From positions 84,134 through 148,133 of IMG/VR virus record IMGVR_UViG_3300023184_000035: a DNA stretch of 64,000 nt; one strand, 5' to 3'. A program made the position numbers and the translations under genes. The notes under the pieces were generated by a model. That model did not search any database and was not told where the DNA came from. It saw only the letters and a list, made by a program, of their open reading frames with translations. Below are positions 30,043-41,500 of the stretch, one piece after another (position 1 is the stretch's first letter; each line of letters begins with the position of its first letter). The DNA comes from a virus.

Positions 30043-30773
30043 ACTGCGTAGAGTTTCAACACTGACCCAATGATGCTGTGACGTTGTACATCACGTGTTT
30101 GCATTTCGCACACAGCAATTCCTGCGACTGGCGTTTGAGCCAATTTCGCACATAGATCAAACAATCCGTTGTCTCCTTGAGCACGGTCTGCTTGATCCAC
30201 ATCTCCTGTGATCACTATCTTGGAGTGTTGTCCAATGCGTGTCATCAGCATCTTGACCTGTGCTGGTGTGGCATTCTGCATTTCGTCTGCGATGATCCAC
30301 GAATTTTTGAAGGTCCGGCCTCTCATGTATGCCAGAGGAGATATTTCCAGAATCTGATCTTCAATCATGGCCAAGATGTCTTGTGGCCTATAGTATTCAC
30401 GCATGACGTCCAGTAAGGGACGAGTCCAAGGTTCCATTTTGGCAACCAAATTGCCGGGAAGAAAGCCATGACTTTCACCCTCCACACCCACTGCGGGTCT
30501 TGTCAGCACTATTCGATCGCATACTCCTTCTCTTAGATTTTTAACAGCGGCCAGCATTGCCAGGTACGTTTTACCTGTTCCAGCGGGTCCTGCTGTAACG
30601 ACAATGTGTTGAGCTGGATCTTGCAGGGCCATGACCAAGCGTTCTTGATTTCGTGTTCGAGGGATCAAGTCAATGCGGCGAGGTTGTGCTCGCGGCGCTG
30701 AGTTAAATGCTATGGTGTTTGCTACTTCCAGGTTCATACGTTTTTGTGCTTTTGTTGCTCGTTGTCTACTCAA
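30039..30773 (-). CDS. phoH: PhoH-like protein
   Basis: GPAGTGKT, LTRPAV, GFLPG, YMRGRTF, DEMQN, GDVDQ; TTG start after AGGAGA RBS. Confidence 0.95.
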   Translation of the reverse strand: MSRQRATKAQKRMNLEVANTIAFNSAPRAQPRRIDLIPRTRNQERLVMALQDPAQHIVVTAGPAGTGKTYLAMLAAVKNLREGVCDRIVLTRPAVGVEGESHGFLPGNLVAKMEPWTRPLLDVMREYYRPQDILAMIEDQILEISPLAYMRGRTFKNSWIIADEMQNATPAQVKMLMTRIGQHSKIVITGDVDQADRAQGDNGLFDLCAKLAQTPVAGIAVCEMQTRDVQRHSIIGSVLKLYAV

Positions 30774-30940
30774 GTGTGATTCTCCTAAGCCCTGTAGGGC
30801 CAGGTATTTACGGTCAAAGATTTGACAATAACTGAGTGGTATTTTCAAATAGTTGGTCACTAAATACTGACCTGGCTGCATAAAAGTGTCACGACTCAAG
30901 ACTGTTGTGTGCTCTCAACAACTTTGGTAAATAATGCATT

Positions 30941-31552
30941 ATGCAAACCAAAAACATTCACGGCATCAACGACAAAGAACTGTTTAAAAATCACGAAGAT
31001 TATTGGCAGGTCGCTGACAACATCCGCGACATATACATGAGTGACGGCAGTTTGACCACACTGTTGGACTTTGAACGTGTGTTAGATGACATGGATATCT
31101 ACGCATTTAAAAACTGGGAAATTGGTGAACTAGTTGCTGGTCCTGAAATTAGCAAGTACACTGTGACTGTGACATTCATGTGGCCTGAAAAAATGATGCC
31201 CGATCCACGTGGAGCCAAACGTTTATTGCCGTTTGACTGCAAGGTCAATTACAAAAAACAAAAGATCAAAATACCCATCAAGATCAGTGATCCCAGCGAT
31301 TACATTCCTGGTACCAAAAAAGCACGAATCATTGAAAAACCTGTGTGGTTGGTGGAAATTACCATGCCCAAACGACTCATGAGTGAGATCCGCACAGGTG
31401 CAGTAGAAATGGAAGATCAAGACATTGACCTTGATGAACTAGACGCAGCCTACGAGCAGGATCTAGACAAAGAAGACACACAAAGCGATTCAAAGGCACA
31501 AGATGCACAACAAAACCTCGAACAAGACCTTGCCCCAGTCCCAGCTGCTTGA
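30941..31552 (+). CDS. Conserved hypothetical protein
   Basis: LLDFERVLD..DIYAFKNW…MPDP.G motifs; TAAATA-N7-ATG. Confidence 0.8.
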   Translation: MQTKNIHGINDKELFKNHEDYWQVADNIRDIYMSDGSLTTLLDFERVLDDMDIYAFKNWEIGELVAGPEISKYTVTVTFMWPEKMMPDPRGAKRLLPFDCKVNYKKQKIKIPIKISDPSDYIPGTKKARIIEKPVWLVEITMPKRLMSEIRTGAVEMEDQDIDLDELDAAYEQDLDKEDTQSDSKAQDAQQNLEQDLAPVPAA

Positions 31553-32072
31553 AGGACTACAGTATCGTGACCTAGAAGGCATGATGAAACCCACTATCCA
31601 CGTGGACGAATTTTCAGGCAAAATGGGCGATGACGAAGACATCATCGTACTCAGCTTCTTTGTGCGTGACAAACAAGCAGCCAAAGATCTAGTGGCCTGG
31701 TTTGAAAAAGGCTATGACTTCGTGCTGGATGCTGACCGCTCACCAGGCGAAATCAAACCGTCACGCTTCTTGGTATACGTGGAAATGCGCAGACGCAGTG
31801 CCGCACCACAGTATGTGGCAGAACTCATAGATGACTTGGCCACACTTACAGAACATGAACTTGAAGACTGGCACATGCGCTACGATGGCCAAACCATGCC
31901 GTTTTCAGAAGAAGCATTTGCAAAAACTGTGCCGTTGACTCCAGATGATTACCGTAAAACACATGAGACGGATCTAAACGAGTGGCGCACAGCCGCTGGA
32001 CTTCCAGTTAAAAAGATTCATGATACCAAGCGTGACCTTAAAGAACTACAATCAGCAGCAGGTATACTATGA
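31503..32072 (+). CDS. Conserved hypothetical protein
   Basis: LEGL…DEF.GKMG.DEDIIVLSF…FEKGYDFVLDAD. Confidence 0.8.
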   Translation: MHNKTSNKTLPQSQLLEGLQYRDLEGMMKPTIHVDEFSGKMGDDEDIIVLSFFVRDKQAAKDLVAWFEKGYDFVLDADRSPGEIKPSRFLVYVEMRRRSAAPQYVAELIDDLATLTEHELEDWHMRYDGQTMPFSEEAFAKTVPLTPDDYRKTHETDLNEWRTAAGLPVKKIHDTKRDLKELQSAAGIL

Positions 32073-32446
32073 GAATGCGCGACATCATCATGGAAGGTGA
32101 AGAGGCCAAGAATGTCACGATAAACATTCCCATCACAATCACCATTCCTGCAGGCGGTGGCATGCCCACAATTGGTAGTATAGCAGCGGCAGCAGACCCC
32201 AAGGACTTGCCTGATGAAACTATCATGGTTCCGCCCTTGCAACAAGAGCTAGAACTGATGAAACAACAAGGCGGCAAAAAGAGCAAGATCATCAATCAAA
32301 TTGTATCAGACAACGGAGCAGGCGGCCGAATGAGCGAGGCCAGCGAGGCCGAACAAGAATACGCCAAACGCAATTACTTTAATCTTGCTGAAGATTTTGA
32401 CGAACTGGCTGGAGAATTTGATCGCTTAGCCGAAGACCAGGAGTAA
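32069..32446 (+). CDS. Putative internal head protein
   Basis: MRMRDIIME N-terminus (capsid-targeting-like); MVPPLQQELELMK motif. Confidence 0.6.
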   Translation: MRMRDIIMEGEEAKNVTINIPITITIPAGGGMPTIGSIAAAADPKDLPDETIMVPPLQQELELMKQQGGKKSKIINQIVSDNGAGGRMSEASEAEQEYAKRNYFNLAEDFDELAGEFDRLAEDQE

Positions 32447-32449
32447 TCC

Positions 32450-33097
32450 TTGTCGTTTATTCAAAATCTTTTTACCAGCAGAGACAACAACGCCAACTCA
32501 GCCACATATGTTGGACAAGCGGATCGTCTTTGGTGGGATCCAGTAACCAACCAATTTTACTACAGTGATGGCAACACCGCTGGGGGATTCCCTGTGGGAG
32601 GCGGCAGCGGCAACGCCGAACCAGCTGGCAGCAACACACAAATACAATTCAACAACAACGGCAGTTTTGGTGCCAGTGCAAATTTAACATTCAACAATGC
32701 ATCCAATGTGTTGTCCTTGGGTGGTTCAGTAACAGCCACAGGCAATGTCACAGCCAATTACTTTGTGGGCAACGGTAGTCAATTGACTGGGCTTCCCTCG
32801 GGCGGCAGCAATATCACTGTACAAAATCAAGGCAGCATACTGACCACAGCGGTCAATACCATAAATTTCACCGGTAACGGGGTTGTGGCCAGCAATGTGG
32901 GCAATGTTGTAACTGTCAGCGTTTCTGGCGGTGGTGGCACATTGCCCAGCCAGGCTGGCAATGCCGGGAAGATTTTGAGCACAGATGGGGTCAACCCATT
33001 GTGGGAAACCATGCCTGGAGTGTTTGGTCTTGTGATAGACGGAGGCGATGCTGCCTTTGCAAGTTTGGATTTTATCATTGATGGAGGACCGGCATGA
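32450..33097 (+). CDS. Virion structural protein
   Basis: GSNTQIQFNNNGSFGASANLTF and GNVTANYFVGNGSQLTG fibre modules. Confidence 0.75.
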   Translation: MSFIQNLFTSRDNNANSATYVGQADRLWWDPVTNQFYYSDGNTAGGFPVGGGSGNAEPAGSNTQIQFNNNGSFGASANLTFNNASNVLSLGGSVTATGNVTANYFVGNGSQLTGLPSGGSNITVQNQGSILTTAVNTINFTGNGVVASNVGNVVTVSVSGGGGTLPSQAGNAGKILSTDGVNPLWETMPGVFGLVIDGGDAAFASLDFIIDGGPA

Positions 33098-34005
33098 CCG
33101 CAGGTGCAACGATTAAACTACGCAGAGATACTTCTGCAAACTGGGCGACAGCCAACACAGTGTTGGCCATGGCTGAACCTGGACTAGACACCACAGTCAA
33201 CTCAATCAAATACGGTGACGGGACCACAGCCTGGAACAATTTACCATATTCTGGTATTGTGCCCACTGCTACAGGCAATCTAATCCCGGCAATTGGTAAT
33301 ACTTACTCTCTAGGCAATGTAACAAATCCCTGGGCTGGGTTGTACATCAGTGGAAATACCATCTATCTTGGCAATGTAGTTTTAGAAGCCACGGGCAACG
33401 CACTTGTAATAGACGGTAGTGTTGTGACCCCCGACGGCGGCAATGTTGTATACGACCAAATATCTGCCACGGGCAATATTACAGGTCCAAATATCAGTAT
33501 CAGTGGCAATGTTACCGGCAACTATTTTTCGGGAAATGGCGCAGGATTAACCAGTATAACAGCCTCAAATGTTGGTGTATTAACTTCTCTCAGTGTAACG
33601 GGCAATATTGACACTGGCAATTTACTCACCGCTGGGCTGGTATCAGCGGCTGGCAATGTCACAGCCAACTATTTTGTGGGCAATGGCAGTGCATTGACCA
33701 GTGTTATGGCCGATCGTGGAGCAGATCTCAACAACTGGGACAGCATGACCCAAATGGGTGTGTATACGGTAAATAGAGCTAGTTGGTCAGGTACAGTGGG
33801 AACACCGTTGGACAGTCAGGTTTACGTGGGATTGGTAGAAGTAATGAATAGTACAGGAACTGCGTTGTCGCAGGTATTTTACCCAGGAACAGTGGAATCA
33901 GGTAATGTCAAGATACAGTGGAATCGTACGTACTGGTCAGGAACATGGAGTTCATGGCTCAAAATAGTCAATGATGATCAAGTGGTGGTGGGTGGTGCGT
34001 ATTAA
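33094..34005 (+). CDS. Tail fibre protein (Mtd_N-like N-terminus, knob-like C-terminus)
   Basis: IKLRRDTSANW…EPGLD…KYGDG.TAWN.LPY; C-terminal DLN…GVY…W.GTWSSW. Confidence 0.8.
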   Translation: MTAGATIKLRRDTSANWATANTVLAMAEPGLDTTVNSIKYGDGTTAWNNLPYSGIVPTATGNLIPAIGNTYSLGNVTNPWAGLYISGNTIYLGNVVLEATGNALVIDGSVVTPDGGNVVYDQISATGNITGPNISISGNVTGNYFSGNGAGLTSITASNVGVLTSLSVTGNIDTGNLLTAGLVSAAGNVTANYFVGNGSALTSVMADRGADLNNWDSMTQMGVYTVNRASWSGTVGTPLDSQVYVGLVEVMNSTGTALSQVFYPGTVESGNVKIQWNRTYWSGTWSSWLKIVNDDQVVVGGAY

Positions 34006-34024
34006 GTTATAGGAAAAAGAAGAA

Positions 34025-36673
34025 ATGTCAAATACAATTTTATTAAAAAAATCAAGTACAGCCAACAGCGTACCATTAGCAGCTAATCTTGCATTGGGTG
34101 AAGTTGCCCTTAACTACACTGATGGTAATTTGTTCTACAAAGACGGCGGCGGCACAGTCAATCTCCTGGTCAGCAACAAATTTGTATCTGTTACAGGCAA
34201 CATCACTGGTGGTAATTTGGTCACGTCAGGTGTGGCCAATGTGGGCAGTTTGAGCACTGCTGGCAACATCACAGGTGGCAACGTCAACGGTGGGGCAAAT
34301 GTTTTTGCTACCACACATACAGGTACCACAGTTTCAGTAACAGGCAACATTACTGGTGGCAATTTAATCACATCAGCAGCCATTAGTGCCGCTTCAGTCA
34401 GTGCAAGTGCAAATATCACCGGTGGCAACTTGAATGCTGCTGGATTGAGTTTGTCAAGCAACGTGGTCAGCGCATTAAACTTGAGTTCAAGCCTGACGGC
34501 GGCCACTACAATTTCAGCTGTGGGCAACATCACTGGTGGCAATTTGAATGCCGCTGGCCTGAGTTTATCAAGCAATGTGATCAGTGCATTGAATGTTACT
34601 GCCAACATTGCTGGTGGCAACATCACAACACCTGGATTGATCAGTGCCACTGGTGACATCTCTGGCGCAAATATTACCACAGCAGGCCCCAATGCCACAA
34701 TTGGTTCTTCAACAGCCAATGCCACTTACAACATTGGTACAGGTGCAACCACCACAGGTCTGCTGAAAAACATCAACATTGGCACCGGTGGTCTTGCCAA
34801 CTCTACCACCACTGTTGCTGTTGGTCCCACACTGGGCAATGCCACTGTAACAACTTCTGCCAACACCACAGTGGCCATTGCCAACACTTCTGGTTTGGCA
34901 CTGAGTGTGGCTGGTAATGTAACTGCCAATTACTTTATCGGTAATGGGTCACAGTTAACCGGACTAACGCCCAACAAGATTTTTAACGGTACCAGTGAAG
35001 CCAACATTGGAACTTCAAGTGGTAATGCCAATATTTCAATTGGTGGCACAAGCAATGTGGCTGTGTTTACCACGGCAGGGTTGAATGTCACCGGCATTGT
35101 TAGTGCATCGGGTAACATCACTGGCGGTAACCTAAATGCCAGTGGCTTGAGCCTAAGCGGCAATGTGGTGTCACCACTCAACGCCTCATCAAGTATTGCA
35201 GCCGGCACCACTGTTAGTGCTGTGGGTAACATCACTGGTGGCAACATCATTACAGGTGCAGCCGTAAGTGCTGCCTCAGTCAGCGCCAGTGGCAATGTCA
35301 CTGGTGGTAATTTGGTCACAGCGGCTGCTGTAAGTGCTGCCTCAGTCAGTGCTTCGGGCAACATCACTGGCGGTAACCTAAATGCTGCTGGACTGAGCCT
35401 GAGTTCAAACGTAGTATCAGCACTGAATTTAAGTTCAAGTTTGACGGCTGCAACAACCATCAGTGCTGTGGGCAATATTACTGGTGGTAACTTAAATGCT
35501 ACCGGATTGAGTCTCAGTGGTAATGTTGTTTCAGCAATCAATTCAACTTCTGCTATCACAACCACTGCCAACATCACTGGTGGCAACATTGTCACAGGTG
35601 CGGCGGTCAGTGCTGCTTCAGTCAGTGCCAGTGGCAACATCACTGGTGGCAATGTCAACACCAATGTGTTGTCAGGCACCGGGACCACAATCAAATCTTC
35701 AGGTGCATTGAATCTCAGTGCTACCGGAAACATTGTGGTCAACAGCCAATACATCAATGGTTTATTAGATCCTATACAAAATCAAGACGCAGCCACCAAA
35801 GGCTATGTTGACAGTGTGGCGCAAGGTCTTGATCCCAAAGCATCAGTGGTATACGCCACAGCCGCAGCCCTAAGTGCATACACTTACAACAATGGCTCAT
35901 CAGGTGTTGGCGCAACCATTACAGCCAACAGCAACGGCGCACTCAGCATCGATGGATCAACTCCCAGTGCCGGCGAACGTGTGTTGGTTAAAAATGAAAC
36001 ATCAACCAACCAACCCTACAACGGTATCTATGTTGTAACACAGGTTGGTAGCGGTAGTTTGCCGTTTATATTGACCAGATCAACTGACTTTGATACCGGC
36101 ACAGAAGTTCCAAGTTCGTTTGTGTTTGTTGAATTTGGCAGTACCCAAGCCGACACTGGTTGGGTGTGTACCACAAATTCACCAGTCACCATTGGTACTA
36201 CCAACATTGTATTCACACAGTTCTCTGGTGCAGGTACATATACTGCCAATACCGCAGCTGGCCTGGTACTAAACGGTTCGGTATTTTCTGCAAAAACTGA
36301 CAACACAACCACTGCATTTGACGGTTCAGGCAACATCATTGTCAAAGCCAGTGCGCAGTTGACCACACCCAACATTGGTGCCGCTACTGGTACCAGCTTG
36401 AGCGTAACAGGCAACATCACCGGTGGTAACCTAAATGCCACTGGATTGAGTTTGAGTGGCAACGTTGTTAGTCCGATCAACACAACGTCTACAATCATTA
36501 CCACTGCCAACATCACAGGTGGCAACATAATTTCTGTAGCAGCATTCAGCGGTGTTAGTGTCAGTGCCAGCGGCAACGTAACTGGCGCCAACATAAACGG
36601 TACCACTGGAGTTTATTCAAGTGGTGTACAGGTCTTAACTATCAATGATACTGTAGATGGTGGCACCTACTAA
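34025..36673 (+). CDS. Long tail fibre-like protein
   Basis: TILLKKS…P…L..GE.ALNY.DG.LFYK N-terminus; GNITGGN repeats; DP…QDAATKGYVD; RVLVKN…NGIY. Confidence 0.85.
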   Translation: MSNTILLKKSSTANSVPLAANLALGEVALNYTDGNLFYKDGGGTVNLLVSNKFVSVTGNITGGNLVTSGVANVGSLSTAGNITGGNVNGGANVFATTHTGTTVSVTGNITGGNLITSAAISAASVSASANITGGNLNAAGLSLSSNVVSALNLSSSLTAATTISAVGNITGGNLNAAGLSLSSNVISALNVTANIAGGNITTPGLISATGDISGANITTAGPNATIGSSTANATYNIGTGATTTGLLKNINIGTGGLANSTTTVAVGPTLGNATVTTSANTTVAIANTSGLALSVAGNVTANYFIGNGSQLTGLTPNKIFNGTSEANIGTSSGNANISIGGTSNVAVFTTAGLNVTGIVSASGNITGGNLNASGLSLSGNVVSPLNASSSIAAGTTVSAVGNITGGNIITGAAVSAASVSASGNVTGGNLVTAAAVSAASVSASGNITGGNLNAAGLSLSSNVVSALNLSSSLTAATTISAVGNITGGNLNATGLSLSGNVVSAINSTSAITTTANITGGNIVTGAAVSAASVSASGNITGGNVNTNVLSGTGTTIKSSGALNLSATGNIVVNSQYINGLLDPIQNQDAATKGYVDSVAQGLDPKASVVYATAAALSAYTYNNGSSGVGATITANSNGALSIDGSTPSAGERVLVKNETSTNQPYNGIYVVTQVGSGSLPFILTRSTDFDTGTEVPSSFVFVEFGSTQADTGWVCTTNSPVTIGTTNIVFTQFSGAGTYTANTAAGLVLNGSVFSAKTDNTTTAFDGSGNIIVKASAQLTTPNIGAATGTSLSVTGNITGGNLNATGLSLSGNVVSPINTTSTIITTANITGGNIISVAAFSGVSVSASGNVTGANINGTTGVYSSGVQVLTINDTVDGGTY

Positions 36674-36691
36674 AATAAGTAGTAGAGCACC

Positions 36692-38554
36692 ATGACAAAC
36701 ACAGTATTAATCAAACGTTCTGGCACAGCCAATTCAGTCCCGCTTGCAGGCAATCTGCAAGCGGGCGAGCTGGCCATCAACTATGCTGACGGCAATTTGT
36801 TCTTCAAGAACAGCGCAAACGTAGTAACTTTGATTGCCAGCACTCAATTTGTTTCAGTAGCTGGCAACGTAACCGGCGGCAACATCACCACTGGCGGATT
36901 ATTAACTGCCACAAATCAAATGGTGATTGTGGCGCCCAGCCCCACATCAGAAGGCGGTCAAATTGTTCTGGCCTGGGCCAACATATCAGGCATCACTGGA
37001 CAGGCCAATTCAACTTGGAATTTGGATGTAGATTCCAGCAACAACTTCAGAGTATTCTCTCAAAATGCCACAGGCGTGGCAAATGTTGTTTTGAGTTTGA
37101 ATTCTGCAAGTCAGGTGGCCAGTTTTGGGGGTAATGTCAGCGGTTCATATTTCATTGGTAACGGTTCAGCTCTTACTGGTATCACGGCCACAGCAGGTGC
37201 TGCCATCACCAACGGCACATCAAATGTCACAGTGGCCGCCAACAGCAATGTCACAGTAGGTGTAACTGGCACCACCGTTGCTACGTTTGCATCAACAGGT
37301 GAATACGTCACAGGATTGATCAGTGCTACTGGCAACGTGACCGGCAACTACATCTTGGGCAATGGTGCGTTGTTGACTGGTGTTATCACAAGTGTGGCCA
37401 ACATCAATTTAGGAACCAGCAACGTCACTGTAGTAAGTTCAGGTGGCAATGTCACAGTAGGGGTGGGTGGCACTGGCAATGTGGCAGTGTTTGCTACTAC
37501 TGGTGAATACGTCACAGGATTGATCAGCGCAAGCGGTAATATAACTGGTGGTAATCTAAATGCTGTGGGTTTGAGCCTAAGTTCAAACGTTGTATCTGCA
37601 CTAGTGTCAGCAGCCAACATCACCACAACTGCCAATATCTCTGGTGGTTTTATACTGGGCAATGGGTCACAGTTGACTGGAATTGCCACCGGGAGCAGCA
37701 CCAAAATATCCAACGGTACCAGCGAAGCCAACATTGGTACCAGTGCCGGCAATGCCAACATCACCATTGGCGGTGTGTCAAATGTGGCAGTGTTTACCAC
37801 CACAGGACTGAACATAACCGGCAACATCAGCGCATCAGGCAACATATCTTCGGGCCTGTTCTTTGGTGGCGGCAACATGGGCCTGGACACCGAAGCAGTC
37901 ACACAGACGTTTAACTTTGGCAATCTCACTGCTGGGGTAGACACAATCTATGCCTTGAATGTGGTAACTGCGCCAACTGACGCTGTGAACGGTGTCAACA
38001 TCATTGACTACAGTATTGCCAATACCAAATTGGCCAACAGCATAGTGTTGACCACTCCCAACATTGGTGCTGCAACCGGCACCGGCCTAACTGTCACTGG
38101 CAATGTCAATGCTGCTGGTCTCACAGGCACCACAGCATCAGTCACAGGCACAGTATTTGCTGATAGAATCACCACAGTGAGCGTCCCGCAGGTGCTGAAT
38201 GACATCAGCAATCAATGTGATGGGGCAAAAATGATATTTCCTTTACAGGTTGATCAAAGCAACATCACCTCAGCCAACATCACAGACAGCAAAAATCTGC
38301 AGGTGGCAGTGAGTGGCTTAGTGCTGTCGCCCTGGGTCAATACCCAAACCTGGCCCTGGTTCCAGACTTTTGCTGGATTTCCTTTGCGCAGTCCTGGATA
38401 TCGTGTGACTGCAGACGCAACTTCAGCAAACGTGACATTTTACCGATCTCCAGCACAAGGATCACAGGTAGTTCTCACCATCATAAATAATTCATCTACT
38501 GCACAATTAAGGAAATATCCATATAGTGCTACCACCATAGCACTGGGAGATTGA
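36692..38554 (+). CDS. Tail fibre-like protein (paralogous N-terminus to 34025)
   Basis: TVLIKRS…GELAINYADGNLFFK; shared repeat modules. Confidence 0.85.
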   Translation: MTNTVLIKRSGTANSVPLAGNLQAGELAINYADGNLFFKNSANVVTLIASTQFVSVAGNVTGGNITTGGLLTATNQMVIVAPSPTSEGGQIVLAWANISGITGQANSTWNLDVDSSNNFRVFSQNATGVANVVLSLNSASQVASFGGNVSGSYFIGNGSALTGITATAGAAITNGTSNVTVAANSNVTVGVTGTTVATFASTGEYVTGLISATGNVTGNYILGNGALLTGVITSVANINLGTSNVTVVSSGGNVTVGVGGTGNVAVFATTGEYVTGLISASGNITGGNLNAVGLSLSSNVVSALVSAANITTTANISGGFILGNGSQLTGIATGSSTKISNGTSEANIGTSAGNANITIGGVSNVAVFTTTGLNITGNISASGNISSGLFFGGGNMGLDTEAVTQTFNFGNLTAGVDTIYALNVVTAPTDAVNGVNIIDYSIANTKLANSIVLTTPNIGAATGTGLTVTGNVNAAGLTGTTASVTGTVFADRITTVSVPQVLNDISNQCDGAKMIFPLQVDQSNITSANITDSKNLQVAVSGLVLSPWVNTQTWPWFQTFAGFPLRSPGYRVTADATSANVTFYRSPAQGSQVVLTIINNSSTAQLRKYPYSATTIALGD

Positions 38555-38561
38555 GGAAACT

Positions 38562-41500
38562 ATGTCAAAACACGTTATTATCGAAAGTTACGGATTAAAC
38601 CCAGCCACTAAAACGGTCACAGTCACCGGCAAAAACATCCGCAAAGAACAACTGCTGTTGATCACCAACGTAACTGCCAATGCCAGTTATCAAGGCACAG
38701 TGATCTACAATTTCTCAGATCCCAATCTTGGTGCCACATCATACACCACCAGTGTCAGTACCGACACTGGCCTAGAAACCACAACCGTTGTGTTGAGTTA
38801 CAACACAGCGTCAATGTTGAGCACAGACAAACTGGCCATCATGACCGAGGAAAGTTATCAGGAAATCATGCCGGATGAAACCCTGCGCGATCCCGTGGAC
38901 AAACTGCGTGTGAGCACACCACAGGCCTTGATTGACACTGACTTTGAATACGGTTTACAGCCCACCAAATGGGAACAGCTGAACCTGTTGAACAATCGTC
39001 CCACAGGGTTTTATGATGTTACCTCACCTGCCACAATTTCCAACGTGGCTGCGTCAGGCAACACTGTCACCGTCACAGGCAGCATTGCTACTTTTACCGC
39101 CACCATTGCCACCAACACCCTGACTGTGACTGCTTTGAGCTCAGGCCTAATAGGCAACGGCATGGTCATCACCGGTGCAGGTGTCACTGGCAACTCTGTA
39201 GTCACCGCTTTAACTGGCAATTCGTCAGGCGGCATTGGCACATACACCTTGAGTCAAAGCAGCACTGTAATCAGTCCAGTCACAATGACAGCTACACCGG
39301 CCACAGGCACACCGGTGTTTGTGCAAGGCACCCTTGACACCAACTACGCAGACGGTTGGTGGACTGTGCAGACCAGTTCGGGCACTGCATTCACCTATCA
39401 AACCTTGGTCAATCCTGCTGCTGCCTTGTATGATTCACAGAAAACTTATGTGTTCCCTGGTGCTTGGTTCACCGGTGCTGTGTATCCCATGGCTGCTGGC
39501 AACATTTCCAACGTGGGCAATGTGCTCACCATTACCACAACTTACAATCATGGTCTACGTGTGGGTGACGGCGTGGCCATTGCCAACGTCACTGCATCGG
39601 CCAATGCGCCCAACGGACCATTCACTGTGGTGGCAACTCCCACCACAAACACATTCACAGTGAACACAGCCAACACTCCTGGCACCAGCATCACTGCCAC
39701 AGCCAACAACAGCATTTTCCCAAGACCCCTGGGCTACACACAACAACGTGCGTTTGACGGTGGTGTGCAGTTCACAAACTTGGTGCCATATCATGGTTAT
39801 CAAGTGATTCGCCAAACTCGACGATACTTCCGTTATCAGTCTGGCAAAGGTATTCAGTTCTCAACAGGCAGTATTTTAAAACCTGCCTTGTCCCTGACCA
39901 CAATGACCAGTTCAGGCACCACTGTCACAGTATCTTGCCAACAACCACACGGCTTGTTGCCCGGAGCAGGTATCAAGGTTGTGGGTGCTGCACAGACCGC
40001 CTACAACGGCACAGGCACAGCAGGTGGCAGCACTTACACAGTGGTCACAGTGCCCACACCCAGTAGTTTCACATACACTGCTGACTCAACTCCTTCGGCC
40101 AGTCCAGCCACATCCTCATCAGCAGGCAACACAGGTATTATTGTGAGTCCCACGGCCTGGTATGGCAGCAGCAACAGACTGGGCATGTTTGACAGCCAAA
40201 ACGGTTTTTACTTTGAATTTGACGGACAAACCCTGTATGCTGTGAGACGCAGCAGTACCACTCAGTTGTCAGGCCTGGTCACTGCCACCAATGGTTCAGA
40301 TTCCATCACTGGCAGCAACACCAAATTCAGCACACAGCTCACTTCGGGTGATTTCGTTGTTATTCGTGGACAAAGTTACATTGTCAACGCCATCATTAGT
40401 GACACATCAATGACTATAAGTCCTGAGTATCGTGGTGCCACCACAGTGGCCAACAGCACTCAGATCAGCAAGACCATCAACACTAGAACTGCGCAGAGCA
40501 GTTTCAACATTGACAAAGTGGATGGCACAGGTGCCAGTTTGTTCAATCTGGACTTGACCAAGATGCAGATGTTCTACGCTGACTATTCTTGGTACGGTGC
40601 TGGTGCCATCAGATACGGATTTAAAAACAACCGCGGTGAAGTCATATACTGCCATCGCATGCCCAACAACAACTTGAACACCGAAGCATTCATGCGTTCA
40701 GGTAACTTGCCGTCGCGCTATGAGACCAATACCTTGCCAATATACACAGCGTTGACTGCTTCTGTGAGCAGTGCGCTGACCACAGGTGCCACAATCAGCG
40801 TGGCAGATGCCAGCACATTTCCCTTGGCTGGCAACATACGCATAGTTGAAAGCAAAGCCACAGGTGGCAATGTGGAAATCATCAACTATTCCACACGAAG
40901 CAACACTGTGTTGACTATTGGTTCAGCAGGCACAGCAGGACGTGCGGTGACTGGCGGCGCAACAACAGCACAGACATTCACTTATTCAGCCACATCACCC
41001 ACAGCGGTAGAATTGTACAGTCCGCAAACTGCCAGCACAATCAGTCACTGGGGATCATCAGTCATCATGGACGGACGCTACGACGATGACCGATCATTTG
41101 TGTTCTCGGTGGGTTCTTTGGCTCCTGTTGCCAACGTGGCACAGAACGTGCGACAGCCTATCATGAGTGTTAGATTGGCACCCAGTGTGGACAACGGCCT
41201 AACTGGTCTGATTGGTGTGCGTGAGATTTTGAATCGCATGCAGTTGACACCGCGTGGTATTGACTGTTACACTTCAGGCACTGCTTACCGCATTGACTTG
41301 TTGTTGAATGCTAGACTCAGCGGGGGCACCTGGACCAGCGTGGGCGGATCCAGCTTGGCACAGTACATATTCCACACTGCTGGACAAACAGCCGCAGCCG
41401 GTGAGGTTATCTACTCATTCTTTACCAACACAGGATCAGCCACCAGTCAAGACTTGGCCTTGGTGCGTGACATTGGCACCAGTATTTTGAGTGGTGGTAA

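Noticed and set aside
30774-30899. N-terminal extension of PhoH given by the ORF track
   Set aside because: AGGAGA RBS plus TTG at 30773 and a TAAATA motif at ~30806 (minus strand) indicate the shorter start.
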